From Octopus bimaculoides (lineage: Eukaryota): 54,070 bases of DNA. A program made the position numbers and the translations under genes. This document shows positions 52,503-54,070 of the stretch, one piece after another (position 1 is the stretch's first letter; each line of letters opens with the position of its first letter). Under the pieces are notes generated by a model. It was not told the origin of the DNA. It worked only from the letters and a program-made list of their open reading frames with translations, and made no database searches. The DNA lies in contig NC_068986.1 in the NCBI RefSeq assembly GCF_001194135.2, positions 86,505,548 through 86,559,617 on the forward strand. The letters are read 5' to 3'.

Positions 52503-52900
52503 CAAAAATACTCAGTCAAAATAACCATAAACACCCCAGGAACACCACCGAAATGCAATTGTAGATCCATGCAACTCTAGATCCTTAAACTGCTGCTCCC
52601 TGTACAGCACCCGTATCTAGAGAACTCGTAAAGAATGCCAAAATCACGGACTCCAACGGAATAGCAAAGACGTGTATCGGAATAACGGGCATCTCATTTA
52701 GTGATATATGTACACAATATATAGCGTCATTCAGAGGCAAAAAAATCCAACTTCACTGTCAAATATAATATGTAAACTGAAAGAAGTTAGAATAGGTAAC
52801 CCTCGGCTGGAATGGAAAATAATTGTCAAAGCCCCAAAATATAGAGGACGGGGTACCATATGTGAATAATTGTTAAGACACTAGGATATTTACCTACTTT
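52503..52900 (+). mobile_element. Penelope-like GIY-YIG endonuclease relic
   Basis: KCNCRS (52551), ELVKNAKITDSNGIAKTCIGITGISFSDICTQYIASFRGK (52622), then after a frameshift KNPTSLSNIICKLKEVRIGNPRLEWKIIVKAPKYRGRGTICE*. Confidence 0.88.
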
Positions 52901-53577
52901 CCTTAACATGAAGCCAATGGTAGACTTAATTGAAAAATAGAGAAGTTATATGCATTAATTTAGTGTTGAGCTCTCATTTCCCTAGTTCGACATTTACGTA
53001 TATATATATATGCATGTATATATATATATATATATNNNNNNNNNNNNNNNNNNNNNNNNNNNNNNNNNNNNNNNNNNNNNNNNNNNNNNNNNNNNNNNNN
53101 NNNNNNNNNNNNNNNNNNNNNNNNNNNNNNNNNNNNNNNNNNNNNNNNNNNNNNNNNNNNNNNNNNNNNNNNNNNNNNNNNNNNNNNNNNNNNNNNNNNN
53201 NNNNNNNNNNNNNNNNNNNNNNNNNNNNNNNNNNNNNNNNNNNNNNNNNNNNNNNNNNNNNNNNNNNNNNNNNNNNNNNNNNNNNNNNNNNNNNNNNNNN
53301 NNNNNNNNNNNNNNNNNNNNNNNNNNNNNNNNNNNNNNNNNNNNNNNNNNNNNNNNNNNNNNNNNNNNNNNNNNNNNNNNNNNNNNNNNNNNNNNNNNNN
53401 NNNNNNNNNNNNNNNNNNNNNNNNNNNNNNNNNNNNNNNNNNNNNNNNNNNNNNNNNNNNNNNNNNNNNNNNNNNNNNNNNNNNNNNNNNNNNNNNNNNN
53501 NNNNNNNNNNNNNNNNNNNNNNNNNNNNNNNNNNNNNNNNNNNNNNNNNNNNNNNNNNNNNNNNNNNNNNNNNNNNT

Positions 53578-53892
53578 TAAGCCGCTCAAGCTGCTCGCAG
53601 TAGATCACCTGTGTTATCGTCTGGCTTGGATTTAAAAATTCAAAGTTGACTAAAACTTTCATATCCTACCAAAGAGATAGCAACGCCTTTCATGAGTGAA
53701 GACTTTCATGGGTGAAGACCTCTTTTCTCTACCCACTGTCTTCGGCGCTTGACATTTTTATAGAGAACCCACTTCTCATCACCAGTCACTATTCGGTCCA
53801 AAAGAGATTCATTCGTGACATGTGACAGGAAAGAAGAGCAAACATTCACTCTCTGCGCGTATTATTTATTCTGTCGGCTTCCATTTGCCCAG
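53578..53892 (-). mobile_element. Mariner (DD34D-type) transposase relic
   Basis: LGKW, AQRVNVCSSFLSHVTNESLLDRIVTGDEKWVLYKNVKRRRQW (TGDEKW at 53786-53769), GLHP*K, and MKVLVNFEFLNPSQTITQVIYCEQLERL, running into a gap. Confidence 0.93.
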
Positions 53893-54070
53893 TTACTTCG
53901 TTACGTGGACGTAATCACACTAATTCCAGTCGTCAAGCTGTGTGGGGTCAAACAAAACTACAAAACAGACACATACAGAACACACGCGCACACATACATA
54001 TACACACACACATACATATATATATATACATATATACATACATACATAAATATATATATATATATATATA

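Overview
Eukaryotic, AT-rich, repeat-dominated animal DNA from a gapped short-read-style assembly. Many N runs are flanked by microsatellites. The repeat style (dense AC/AT/GATA/AAT/CAT/GAA arrays, TTAGGG-type repeats, several tRNA-headed SINE families) most resembles an octopus genome; that assignment is inference. No complete protein-coding gene, true tRNA, rRNA or CRISPR array is supported, and most listed ORFs are microsatellite read-throughs. Recognisable content is transposon relics: two Penelope-like GIY-YIG endonuclease fragments, a Hero-clade RT, two R4/Dong-like fragments, a CR1/L2-type 3' end, a mariner transposase and many SINEs. The most interesting signal is a set of minimal type I hammerhead ribozyme motifs in short non-autonomous elements. 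One has an intact core and sits at the 3' end of a tRNA-box-headed SINE-like element (12951-12996, minus). A second family has two copies (42985-43021 and decayed 12795-12832). This suggests SINE/retrozyme-like elements that parasitise Penelope-like retroelements. Also notable: a 64-bp perfect palindrome, a telomere-like array enclosed by inverted repeats, a CCCTAA array just upstream of a Penelope fragment, and a 55-bp near-perfect inverted repeat.
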